Source: Candidatus Latescibacterota bacterium
Lineage (GTDB): Bacteria; Latescibacterota; UBA2968; UBA8231
NCBI GenBank assembly: GCA_965248355.1
Contig: OZ252098.1
Coordinates: 5,376,001-5,440,000, forward strand
Length of the DNA: 64,000 nucleotides
Reading direction: 5' to 3'
A model generated the notes under the pieces. That model saw nothing but the letters and a program-made list of their open reading frames with translations, searched no databases and was not told the DNA's origin. Numbering within the stretch: the first letter of the stretch is position 1; each line of letters opens with the position of its first letter. Shown piece after piece: positions 38,885 through 48,000 of this stretch. A program made the position numbers and the translations under genes.

Positions 38885-40078
38885 TCAGACGAAGATCGAG
38901 CGGTTGGAAATGCCGTAGGCGAACCCGGACTGCTGCACGCCGCCCACGTACTGGGCCGTGCGCCCGGCGGGCACCGTGCCCTCGTACCACTGCGTGAAGG
39001 CGGGGTTGAAGGCGGCGAGAGAGTCCCGGTTGGCCGCGGCGTCGGCGCCCGCGCCGATGTAGGCGTTGTTGAATACCCCGTCGGCCTTCAGGCCCCGGCC
39101 CCCGGCCTCCTTCACGCGGGCGTCGACGCCGTCGAGGATGTCGCCGGCGTCGTGACCGGCCACGGCGCTGACCATGGCCTCGGTGATGCCGCCGTGGCGG
39201 ATGGCGGTCCAGGTGCTGAAGCCGTGCTCGAGGCGGCCGGAGCGGAGGATCTCCACGCCGTCGCCGCTGACCACGCGGGGCTGCGGCTCGACGACCCCGT
39301 CGAGGTTGGGGATCCGCGACACCGGGTAGATCAGCCCCGCGGGCCGGTGGTCGCCGAAGTAGTCCTCGAAGACCTCGCGCACGATGTCGATGCGGCTCCA
39401 GGCCTGATCCGGCGCATCGTCGACGGCTACGAGGATCTCCATCCAGACCGTCTGCGTGCGGAAGTCGACGCCGGCCTCGGCGAGGGGCCTGGCGTACTGC
39501 TCCTCGAGGACGAAGGCCATCTCGCGGGCCACGTCCGGGCCGAGGGTGGTGATCGTCTCGCCGTCCTTGCGGTGCATCACCGAGGCGCCGCTCGGCTGAT
39601 GGTCGGTCCACGACCCGAAGTCGAGCCGGCCGCCGCCGATCTCGACGTCGCCCGCGGCGGCCTTGATCTGGATCTCGAAGAGCGCCGCCGGGTCGGGGAA
39701 GCCCTCGGGGTGGGTGAAACGGGCCATCCGGTTGGAGCGCATCGGCCCCCCGGTGACCACCTGCAGCATGGCGCCGTACACGGCGTTGAAGGCGTTCTTG
39801 CGGGCGTCGCACTCATCCCGCGAGGAGGAGGGCGTCGTCCACAGGACGTCGGTCTTGTACACGTCGGACCAGTGGGCCTTGCCCAGCGCCAGACCGGCGT
39901 TCAGGTTCTCGATGGTGCCGAACCACTCCGAGCCCACCTCGTTCGGGTACTGGGTGCCCACGTTGCCGCTGGGCTCCACGAGGCGGGTGACCTTGCTCTC
40001 GTCGTCGATCTGCACGACCTCGCAGGTGCCGCAGAACACGGCGCCGGGGCGATGCCGGATGATGTGTACCTCTGCCAT
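38885..40078 (-). CDS. Hypothetical protein with possible RidA/YjgF-like repeats
   Basis: Good coding bias; recurring AFNAVYG, VFEDYFGDHRPA and AFNPAFTQWY...RTA segments resemble RidA-fold helices. Confidence 0.5.
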   Translation of the reverse strand: MAEVHIIRHRPGAVFCGTCEVVQIDDESKVTRLVEPSGNVGTQYPNEVGSEWFGTIENLNAGLALGKAHWSDVYKTDVLWTTPSSSRDECDARKNAFNAVYGAMLQVVTGGPMRSNRMARFTHPEGFPDPAALFEIQIKAAAGDVEIGGGRLDFGSWTDHQPSGASVMHRKDGETITTLGPDVAREMAFVLEEQYARPLAEAGVDFRTQTVWMEILVAVDDAPDQAWSRIDIVREVFEDYFGDHRPAGLIYPVSRIPNLDGVVEPQPRVVSGDGVEILRSGRLEHGFSTWTAIRHGGITEAMVSAVAGHDAGDILDGVDARVKEAGGRGLKADGVFNNAYIGAGADAAANRDSLAAFNPAFTQWYEGTVPAGRTAQYVGGVQQSGFAYGISNRSIFV

Positions 40079-40195
40079 CGGGTCTCTTCCGCTTCCTTAT
40101 AGGTGATGTGAGGGGATGGGCGGCGTGCGCAAACCACCAAAGATACGGGTCCCCGCGCGGCTCTTCAAACCGGGGGGCCCGTCCTGACCGGCGCC

Positions 40196-40924
40196 GTGCT
40201 TCTCGCCAGGGAGCCCGTCGCCGGGAAGGCGAAGACCCGTCTGCAACCGCGCCTGACCGCCGGCCAGGCGGCCGGGCTGTACGCCGCCTTCCTGCGCGAC
40301 AGCGCCGCCAACCTGGCCGCCTCGACGGCGCGCAGAAAGATCGTGGCCGTGGCGCCGCCCGAGGGCGAGCCGGCCGTCCGCGCCCTGCTGGACGGGTACG
40401 ACGGGCTGACCTTCGAAGGGCAGCCCGGGGGCTCCCTCGGAGAGCGCATGGAAGTCCTGTGCCGCCGCGCCGTCGGCGCCGGCTGCGGACGCGTCGTCCT
40501 GCTCGGTTCCGACAGCCCCTCGTTGCCGGCTCCGTCCATCGACGAGGCCCTGCACCGGCTGCGCGCTGCCGACGTGGTGATCGGTCCCAGCGTCGACGGG
40601 GGATACTACCTCATCGGTCTGCGGGCCGAGGCGCTGCCGGCGGCGGCGCCGGCGCTCTTCCAGGGGATCGAGTGGGGTACGGGGCGGGTCCTCGAGCAGA
40701 CCCTGGCGGCTCTGCCCGGCGGGCTCCGCCTGTCGCTGATGCCGCCTTGGTACGACGTGGACGTGCCGGCGGCGGCGGCCTTCCTGCGCGCCCATCTGGA
40801 GGCGCTGGCCCGGAGCGGCGACGAGAGCACCGGCCGCCACTCCCGGGCGGCGCTGCGCGGCCTCGACCTGCCGCCGCCGAGCCAGGGCCTCGCCGCGCCC
40901 GGCGCCGGGTCTAGAGGCCCATGA
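40196..40924 (+). CDS. DUF2064/TIGR04282 family (CofC-like, GT-A fold) protein
   Basis: AREPVAGKAKTRL, QPGGSLGERM, LLGSDSPSL, IGPSVDGGYYLIGL, WYDVD. Confidence 0.85.
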   Translation: MLLAREPVAGKAKTRLQPRLTAGQAAGLYAAFLRDSAANLAASTARRKIVAVAPPEGEPAVRALLDGYDGLTFEGQPGGSLGERMEVLCRRAVGAGCGRVVLLGSDSPSLPAPSIDEALHRLRAADVVIGPSVDGGYYLIGLRAEALPAAAPALFQGIEWGTGRVLEQTLAALPGGLRLSLMPPWYDVDVPAAAAFLRAHLEALARSGDESTGRHSRAALRGLDLPPPSQGLAAPGAGSRGP

Positions 40925-41678
40925 TCCGGTAGCCGGCGTCGACGTACATCACCTCGCCCGTCATCCCGCGGCTCAGCCGGCTGCACAGGAACAGGGCCGC
41001 GTCCCCGATCTCGTCGACCTCGTTGTTGCGCTTGAGGGCGGCGCGCTCGGCGTGGACCCTGAGCATGGCGTTGAAGTCGCGGATCCCGCGCGCGGCCAGC
41101 GTGCGGATCGGCCCCGCCGAGAGCCCGTTGACGCGGATCTCCTTTTCTCCCAGCTCGCTGGCCAGGTAGCGGATGCCGGACTCCAGGGCGGCCTTGGCCA
41201 CGCCCATGACGTTGTATCTCGGGATGGCGCGCTCGCTGCCCAGGTAGGTGAGGGCGACGACGCCGCAGCCCGGCTTCATGAGCGGCTCGGCGCCGCGCAC
41301 GAGGACGTTGAGCGAGTAGGCGCTCACGCCGAGGGCCAGGTCGTACCCGCTTCGGCTCGTGTCCGCGAAACGGCCGTCCAGGTCTTCGCGGCGGGCGAAG
41401 GCGATGGCGTGGACCAGGCAGTCGAGACCGCCCATCTCCCGGGCGACAACCTCGAAAGCGGAGGCGACCGACTCGTCGTCGGTGACGTCGCACTGGACCA
41501 GCAGGGGCGGCTTCCGCAGCTGGCCGGTGATCCCCTCGATGCTCTCCAGCTCCCGCTCTCCCAAGTATCCCAGGGCCAGCCGGGCCCCCTCGCGGTCGAG
41601 AGAGCGCGCGGTGGCCCAGGCGATGCTCCTGTGGTTGGCGACGCCGGTGACGAAACCGGCGCATTCCTGCATCAGCAT
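40911..41678 (-). CDS. fabI: Enoyl-ACP reductase (NADH)
   Basis: GVANHRSIAW, VHAIAFA, SAYSL, LTYLG, YNVMGVAKAALE, SAGPIRTLAA, VDAG; GGAGG RBS. Confidence 0.93.
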   Translation of the reverse strand: MLMQECAGFVTGVANHRSIAWATARSLDREGARLALGYLGERELESIEGITGQLRKPPLLVQCDVTDDESVASAFEVVAREMGGLDCLVHAIAFARREDLDGRFADTSRSGYDLALGVSAYSLNVLVRGAEPLMKPGCGVVALTYLGSERAIPRYNVMGVAKAALESGIRYLASELGEKEIRVNGLSAGPIRTLAARGIRDFNAMLRVHAERAALKRNNEVDEIGDAALFLCSRLSRGMTGEVMYVDAGYRIMGL

Positions 41679-43567
41679 GCCGTGTCCTCCCTGTTGGGTA
41701 CGGCGGCGGTGGATGGGCTCTCCGTCAACTGCAGGCCGGTGGCGTCGAGCCGGTAGGCGACGACGCCGGAACGGGCATGGGCCCGTTGGTCCCTCAGCTT
41801 CCTCAGACACGCGTGGAGGCGCTTCTCTTCTCCCTCGCGGCACACGAACAGGCCGAAGCCGCCGCCGCCGGCGCCGGTTAGCGTGCCCCCTTCGGTGAAG
41901 TCGGACAAAGGCGGCTCGAAGAGCTGCTGAAGGGCGGGGCTGGTGGCCCGGGGATCGAGGATGCAGCGCAGCTGCCAGTAGCGGCTGGCCAGTCGCCCGA
42001 GGGCGCCGTAGTCGCCGGCCCGCAGGGCCTCGACCATCTCGTCGTGGATCGACAGGGACTCGCGAATGGCGCCGTAGCTCTGCCGCCGGCGGCCCAGGTA
42101 GGCCTCCATGACCACGTTCAGGCCCCGGGTGGCTCCCCTGGCGATGCCGGTGTCGAAGAGCACCACGCGGCGGCGGAACTCCTCGGCGTCGATGTCTATG
42201 TAGGTCAGTTCCGGCGCCGGAAGCCCGTCCGTGGGGGGAGCGTAGAAGTCCTTCACGGCGCTCGGACCTCCCCGGGCGCCGCGCGCGTCCTGCCATCCCG
42301 AGTTCAGGCCGATGGAGTGCTCGAGGAGCACGCTCTGATCGTAGAGTCCGGGATACTCGCCTTCGTCGCCGCCGGCCGGGTGGCCCACGAGACGGTAGAG
42401 CACCTTGAGGATGGCCGCCGCCAGGATGCTGCTGGTGCCCAGGCCGGAGCCCTGCTGCACGGTGCAGGCCGTGGTGATCTCGAGCCCGCCGCCGCCGCGG
42501 AAGGCGGCCAGGTCGCCCACCACGTCGTCGGAGTCCGGACGGACGATCCCGGTGTGCACCAGGCCCTGCTTGACCATGCGCAAGGCCTCGTCGCCGCCGC
42601 GCCGGTAGGCGAAGAACAGGTCGCTCTGGGTCCTGGCGTCGCCCCGCCGGTCGATCTCGAAGTCGGCCTGGAAGTCGGCGGAGCGCGAGCGCAGCACGAG
42701 GCGCGGCTCGGGCAGCGGCCGGGCGCCGACGTACAGGGGCGGAGCGACCTTCCCGGAGTCGCCGGCCTGCAGGACGATGCCGGCGTTCAGGGTCTTGCCT
42801 CCCTGCTCCTTGCTGCGGATGTGGTTGTCGGAGGCGTTGGCGCTCGACAGGCCGAGGCGCAGGGGGGCGCGCACCTCGAACAAGGTCTCGCGGTCTGTGG
42901 CGGCCATCGGCGCGCCGGCCGGGGGAGGGCTCCCGGCCGCCTCTAGGGATTGGTGCATGTCCTCCCTCTGCAACTCGTTCACCCGCGCCTCGTACGCGGC
43001 GGGCAGATCGGCGGCCGCCCTCTTCTCCTTCAGCGCCGTGATCGCTCGACTGTCGATGGCGCACGCGGGCAGCGAGCGCCGCCGCCAGATGCCGCCGTCC
43101 TGCAAGCGCCCGAACAGGGAGGCGAGGATGACGGCCGCCCTCATGCCTCGCAGCCGGCGCTGGGTGCCCTCCAGCTGCCCGAGGTAAGCCGACAGCTGGC
43201 CGACCGTGGCCACGAGCGTCGCGACCCCGTTCTCCGGGACCAGGGAGAGGATGTCCTCGTGGTCGACGTCGATCAGGCTGTCGACGACGGCCACCACGAG
43301 CCCGGGAAGCTCCTTCTCCACCGCCGGACCGAAGAGCTCGGTCCAGGCCTCGGAGGAGAGGGAGCCGCGCAGGATCCCGATCGCTTCCCCCGTCTGCAGG
43401 GAACGGGCAAGTCCGGGCGACAGAACCAGGACCCGCAGCAGGGCGCGGCGCCGGGCCAGTGAGAGACGACCCGCGCGGGCCTGGCGCACGACCTCGTCCA
43501 ACAGAGGCCGCACCTCCTCGAGGGAGGAGGCTTCCGCCAGGCGGGTGGTCGTCTTCTCCACGCTCAC
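41672..43567 (-). CDS. GHMP-family sugar kinase (fucokinase/HddA-like) with N-terminal helical extension
   Basis: RAPLRLGL, GGKTLNAGI, GSGLGTSSILAAA, SGWQD, GAGGGGF; GTG start overlaps the upstream stop (GTGA). Confidence 0.8.
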   Translation of the reverse strand: MSVEKTTTRLAEASSLEEVRPLLDEVVRQARAGRLSLARRRALLRVLVLSPGLARSLQTGEAIGILRGSLSSEAWTELFGPAVEKELPGLVVAVVDSLIDVDHEDILSLVPENGVATLVATVGQLSAYLGQLEGTQRRLRGMRAAVILASLFGRLQDGGIWRRRSLPACAIDSRAITALKEKRAAADLPAAYEARVNELQREDMHQSLEAAGSPPPAGAPMAATDRETLFEVRAPLRLGLSSANASDNHIRSKEQGGKTLNAGIVLQAGDSGKVAPPLYVGARPLPEPRLVLRSRSADFQADFEIDRRGDARTQSDLFFAYRRGGDEALRMVKQGLVHTGIVRPDSDDVVGDLAAFRGGGGLEITTACTVQQGSGLGTSSILAAAILKVLYRLVGHPAGGDEGEYPGLYDQSVLLEHSIGLNSGWQDARGARGGPSAVKDFYAPPTDGLPAPELTYIDIDAEEFRRRVVLFDTGIARGATRGLNVVMEAYLGRRRQSYGAIRESLSIHDEMVEALRAGDYGALGRLASRYWQLRCILDPRATSPALQQLFEPPLSDFTEGGTLTGAGGGGFGLFVCREGEEKRLHACLRKLRDQRAHARSGVVAYRLDATGLQLTESPSTAAVPNREDTAC

Positions 43568-45048
43568 TCTCGCGGGGTCTTCCGGCAGCGGGCGGCCAGG
43601 CCGTCCCACACATCCAGGGAGACCCCCGCCTCGACGCGGCCCTCCCCGGAGCCGGGGAGGAACCGGGCGTGGGCCAGACCGGCGGGGCGGGGGTTGAGCT
43701 CGAGCAGCACGGGCCACACCTCGCCGTCGGGAGTCGCGTCGAGAACCAGGTCGACGCCGCTGAGACCGAGGCCGCCCACGATGCCGGCGGCGGTCTCGGC
43801 CAGCCTTCGCGCTCTCTCCAGGTCCGCACTGCGGAAGGCGACGCTCCGGCCGCTGGCGCGCAGGACCAGGGAGGAGGTCACGCTCTGCAGGGGCCGCATG
43901 CGGCCCCCGGGTCCCCGGGCGGCGGGGGTGTCGATGCCGGCGCCCACCAGGGCGTAGCCGGACTCGGCCCGCAGGCCGGAGGCGCCGGCGGCCACGTGCA
44001 GCCGGATGGCCAGACTGTGGCGGCCACCGGTCTCCGGATCGCGCCAGGCGACGCCGTCCCGCCGCTCTTCCAGGCGCGCCGGACCCCACTCCCAGCAGGC
44101 GCTCAGCTGCGCGTCCAGCAGGGCGTCGGCCTCGGGATCGGAGGCCGACAGGAAGCGCACCCCCTGTCCCTCGGTGCCGTCGTTGGGCTTGACCACGATC
44201 TGACCGGTGCGCTGCAGGAAGGCGCGGGCGGCGAGGCGATGGCCCGGCGCCACGAGTACCCCTGCCGGCACCTCGAGCCCGGCGGCCGCCCAGCGCCCCG
44301 AGAGGCCGTGCTTGTCGTCGGCGGTGGCCGAGGGAGGGCCGGGGTTGACCAGGGGGCAGGTCAGGCGGCGCGCCCAGACCAGGTGGCACCGCGTCTGCTG
44401 CGGGCCCAGGGCCAGCAGCTGCGCCGAGTGCAGGTCGGCCGGCTCCGACAGAGTGGTCTCGGAGAACCGGTCGCGCTCGGCATCCAGCCACAGGACGCGC
44501 CGGGCGCGCCCGTTGCACAGCCAGTCCCCGTGCACGCCGAGGACGCGGTAGAAGGGTCCTCCGGCGCGGGCGTCACGGACGCAGGCGTCGGCGGCCAGGG
44601 GGTAGAGCTCGTGGGTGATGAGGGGAGCCGCGGCAAAGATCACGGCGTGGTTCCAGCGTCCGCCCGGAGGCAGCTTCCGCCGGGGCCCGGTCTCGATGCA
44701 GACCTCCGGAGCCATGGGCTCGCTCACGAGGTCGGCGACGGCGAGATCGACGATGCGGCCGGCGTACTCCCCGTTCGGGCCCAGCAGGCCGCGCACGGCG
44801 GCCACCGCCCCCGGGGCCAGGGCCTGGTCCAGGCCCCCCCCGCCGGCGGAGATCCACTCGCTCCAGGCGCGGCGGCACCGGTCGCGGGCCGACGAGTCCG
44901 GCCCTCCCGGGACCGAGGCGCGCTCGGAGATGAGGTACTTCAGCAGGACGCTGGCCTCGCTCGCCGCCAGGGCCGTCCCGCGGCCGATGCCCAGGCCGTC
45001 GCAGGCCCGCGTCCAGGCGACCTCGAGGTGCCGGTCGTCGTCGCTCAC
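43564..45048 (-). CDS. ATP-grasp fold ligase (RimK-like)
   Basis: LVNP...ADDK...GLEVP, IVVKPNDGTEGQGV, GVDLVL, LLELNPRPAG; GTG start overlaps the upstream stop (GTGA). Confidence 0.78.
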   Translation of the reverse strand: MSDDDRHLEVAWTRACDGLGIGRGTALAASEASVLLKYLISERASVPGGPDSSARDRCRRAWSEWISAGGGGLDQALAPGAVAAVRGLLGPNGEYAGRIVDLAVADLVSEPMAPEVCIETGPRRKLPPGGRWNHAVIFAAAPLITHELYPLAADACVRDARAGGPFYRVLGVHGDWLCNGRARRVLWLDAERDRFSETTLSEPADLHSAQLLALGPQQTRCHLVWARRLTCPLVNPGPPSATADDKHGLSGRWAAAGLEVPAGVLVAPGHRLAARAFLQRTGQIVVKPNDGTEGQGVRFLSASDPEADALLDAQLSACWEWGPARLEERRDGVAWRDPETGGRHSLAIRLHVAAGASGLRAESGYALVGAGIDTPAARGPGGRMRPLQSVTSSLVLRASGRSVAFRSADLERARRLAETAAGIVGGLGLSGVDLVLDATPDGEVWPVLLELNPRPAGLAHARFLPGSGEGRVEAGVSLDVWDGLAARCRKTPRE

Positions 45049-48000
45049 CGATCCCTCTCGAGGGCCCGCAGGTAGTCCTCGCCGGCACGGCTGAGGTCGC
45101 GCAGCACGATGCGGGCGTTCTCCCCCACCCGGTCGCAGTCGAAGGGCCGGCCGCCGGCGTCGCTGGCGGCGCGTTCCCGGGCCTCCTCGCGCAGCGCCAC
45201 CCGGTCCCACAGGCCGACGCCGATGTTCGGCTCGATGAGGACGACGCGCCAGCCCGACAGGGTGCCCGGGAAGCGTCGGTCTCCATGCTGGAGGATGAAC
45301 ACGGGCTCGACTCCGGGCTGGCGGTTCACCTCGACCAGGTCCCCCGGCTCGGCGAACTGCGGCGTCACCAGGAAATCGAGCATCATGTAGCGCGGCGTGC
45401 CGTACGACAGACCGGTCAGGTCGCGGCCGACCGGACGGCCGGTGTCGCGGCGGTAGGCATCGGCGCTGCGCCCCTCGTACGCGCTCAGGGCCTCCATGAC
45501 CCGGCGGGCGGCGGCGGCCAGGCCGTCGAACAGGGCCTGCCGGCACGAGGGCTGCACGATCTCGGGGAGGAACCGCTCCAGGCTGCCGCCGCGGCCGACG
45601 TTGGTGATCAGCTGCTTGCTGTTGAGGGTGATCCAGTGGGACAGGTGCCAGCGCTGCTCGAGGGGCAGGTCGGCGGCCGGATCGTCGGAGGAGACGATCA
45701 CCCGGTGCGATCCGTAGATCGGCGACCGCGGCCGGCGCCGGCGCTCGACGGCGGAGCCCCACTCGACGACCTGGCGCCGCACGAAGGAGTCGATGAAGTC
45801 GTCGGTGGCCCAGGCCTCCGGCGAGGACAGGATCACCTCCTGGATGGCGACGTTGTGGCGCAGGCTGATCTGGTAGATGAAGTCGACGGCGCGCTCGAGC
45901 TCGGTCTCGTCGAGCGAGGTGGAGGCGAGCCGCCGCAGGACGAAGGCCCGGGCGTTGCGCCCCCCGGACTCGGCGGCGTCCTTGATCATCACCAGGCGGT
46001 GGTGCCGGGCGAACTCGCGCAGCCCGGGGTAGTCCGACCCGTCCAGGCCGTTCTCGATCGACTTCCTGGCCGCCCCCTCGGAGGACGCGCGCCGGGTGTC
46101 GGCGGCGAGCCAGTCGATCTCGTGGGGCACGTCGACGCCGGAGGCGGCGACGAAGATGTCGGGGTACTTGGCCTTGTCGTAGGTGGTCCAGGTGTGGAAC
46201 AGGGACTGCACCGAGTAGGGCAGGCCGCAGTCCTCCAGGCGCCCCTCGTGGTAGCGGGGATCGCCGTGGAAGGGATAGACCACGGCGGCCCTCAGGGGGC
46301 GGGTGAAGCGCACGGCCAGACGGACCCCCTTGGGGGTGCACTCGGCGGCGGCCTGGGCGGCAGCCGCGTCGGCGTCGAGGCCGCCATGGCGGACCAGGGC
46401 CGCCGCGTATTCCTCCCGGGAGACGTGGAGGTGGCCGGAGCAGACCTGCACGACGGGCCGGTCTTCCCCCTGGCCCTCCACCAGGTCGACGCCGCGGCTG
46501 ATGATCAGGTTGGCCCCGGGCCGTCCCGCCGCGGTCAGCTCGCGGGACAGGGTCGGACCCTCGACCAGGGCCCGGGAGTAGTGGGTGCGGCCCACGGGCA
46601 GGGCGATCAGGTGGTTGACGCGCCGGTCCGCGTCGATCAGGTCGGGATCGAAGGCGGCGAAGACGGGGGGGATCGGGAAGCCGTCGTTGCGCATGAAGGC
46701 GAGCTCGCGCAACTGTCCGTAGGCCCGCCAGCGGCGCTCCCACTCCGAGACGGCGGTGACGCCGATGGGGTCGACGGCGACCTCGCCTTCGTAGCGGCCG
46801 AGCAGCAGATCCCGATCCTGGAGCGTCCGCCCGGCCAGCTCGGTGTGATGGGTGACCACGTGGCGCAGGTAGCGGCCGAGCCATCCGTGGTGCTCGACGG
46901 CCAGCTCGTACAGGGCGTCGCCCGAGTACCCGGCGAACCCGACCCCCCGGGAGTAGACCCAGGGCCGGTACTCGTGGAAGTGATCGTCGATCGTCTCGGC
47001 GAAGAAGTCGGTCAGGGCGCGCCAGAGGCCCTCGGCGTCGGGCGGGGCCCCCGGCCGGGTGCAGGGCAGGGTCGTCTCCAGGGCCAGGAGGATGTAGAGC
47101 AGCTCGGCCCCGGCCGCCACCTGCCGCAGGCCGTGACCGGCGCCGCCGGCCCCGTCGCGCTCGACCACGGCCTGGGCGAGGCGTCCAAAGTCCCCCACGT
47201 CCTCGTAGCCGCCGGCGATCCGCCGCCAGTCCTCCGGGTCGATCTCGGGGCCGAGGAACAGCTGCGACAGGTGGTCGTGGAAGCGCTGGGCCTCGTCGGC
47301 GTGGTCCTCGTCGTACTGCTCGCTCACGAGGGCCGAGAGGGCGGTGCGGGCGTGGGCGATGAAGGCGCCGAAGGCCGCGTCGGTGACCGCCCCGCCGCCG
47401 TCGCCCAGCGCCTCCAGAGCCGCGGCCCTCGCCTCGGCGAAGGAGGCCGGCCGGCCGTCGACGGACTCGGCGCCGCGATGCCGCTCGTGGAGGGCCCGGG
47501 CGCGGAGGATGCGGGCCCGCAACTGGCTGCGGGCCTCGAGAGCGGCGGCGGGCTGGTCCTCGGCCGCCTTGTTCGAGCTCTCCAGCCCCTTCTCCTCGCG
47601 GAACTCCTCCAGCTCCGGGGGCCGGGCCGGGTGCAGGAGCAGGCTCTCCAGCTCCCGGGACTCCGCGTCTCCGGCTCCAAGGCCAAGGTCCCGGCGCCAG
47701 CCGTCGATCTCTTCCTGGGGGGCTCCGTCGAGTAGGAAGAGGCCGCCCAGGACGAGGAAGTCGGCGAAGGTGGCCCGCTCCAGGGGCAGGCCGCCGGCGA
47801 GTCGGGCCAGGGACCGGGAGACCAGCTCGTCGCGTCGTCGCAGGCGTCCGAAGCGGCGCAGCTTGTCGACCTCGCCCAGTTGCTGCTCCGCCTCCTGACC
47901 GAGGCGCACCTCGGCGAGGATCCGCTCGTACTCGGCGGCGGCGGCCTCGGCGTCGCCGCCGCGCCGGATCTCGGCCAGGCGCCGCGCCCGCCGCCGTTGC

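Noticed and set aside
40196..40924. Arsenosugar biosynthesis cluster
   Set aside because: No arsM, arsS or partner glycosyltransferase in the window
43564..46884. 1106-aa ORF overlapping the giant gene
   Set aside because: The first ~610 codons are an Arg/Pro-rich off-frame of the giant gene; the real gene starts at GTG 45048
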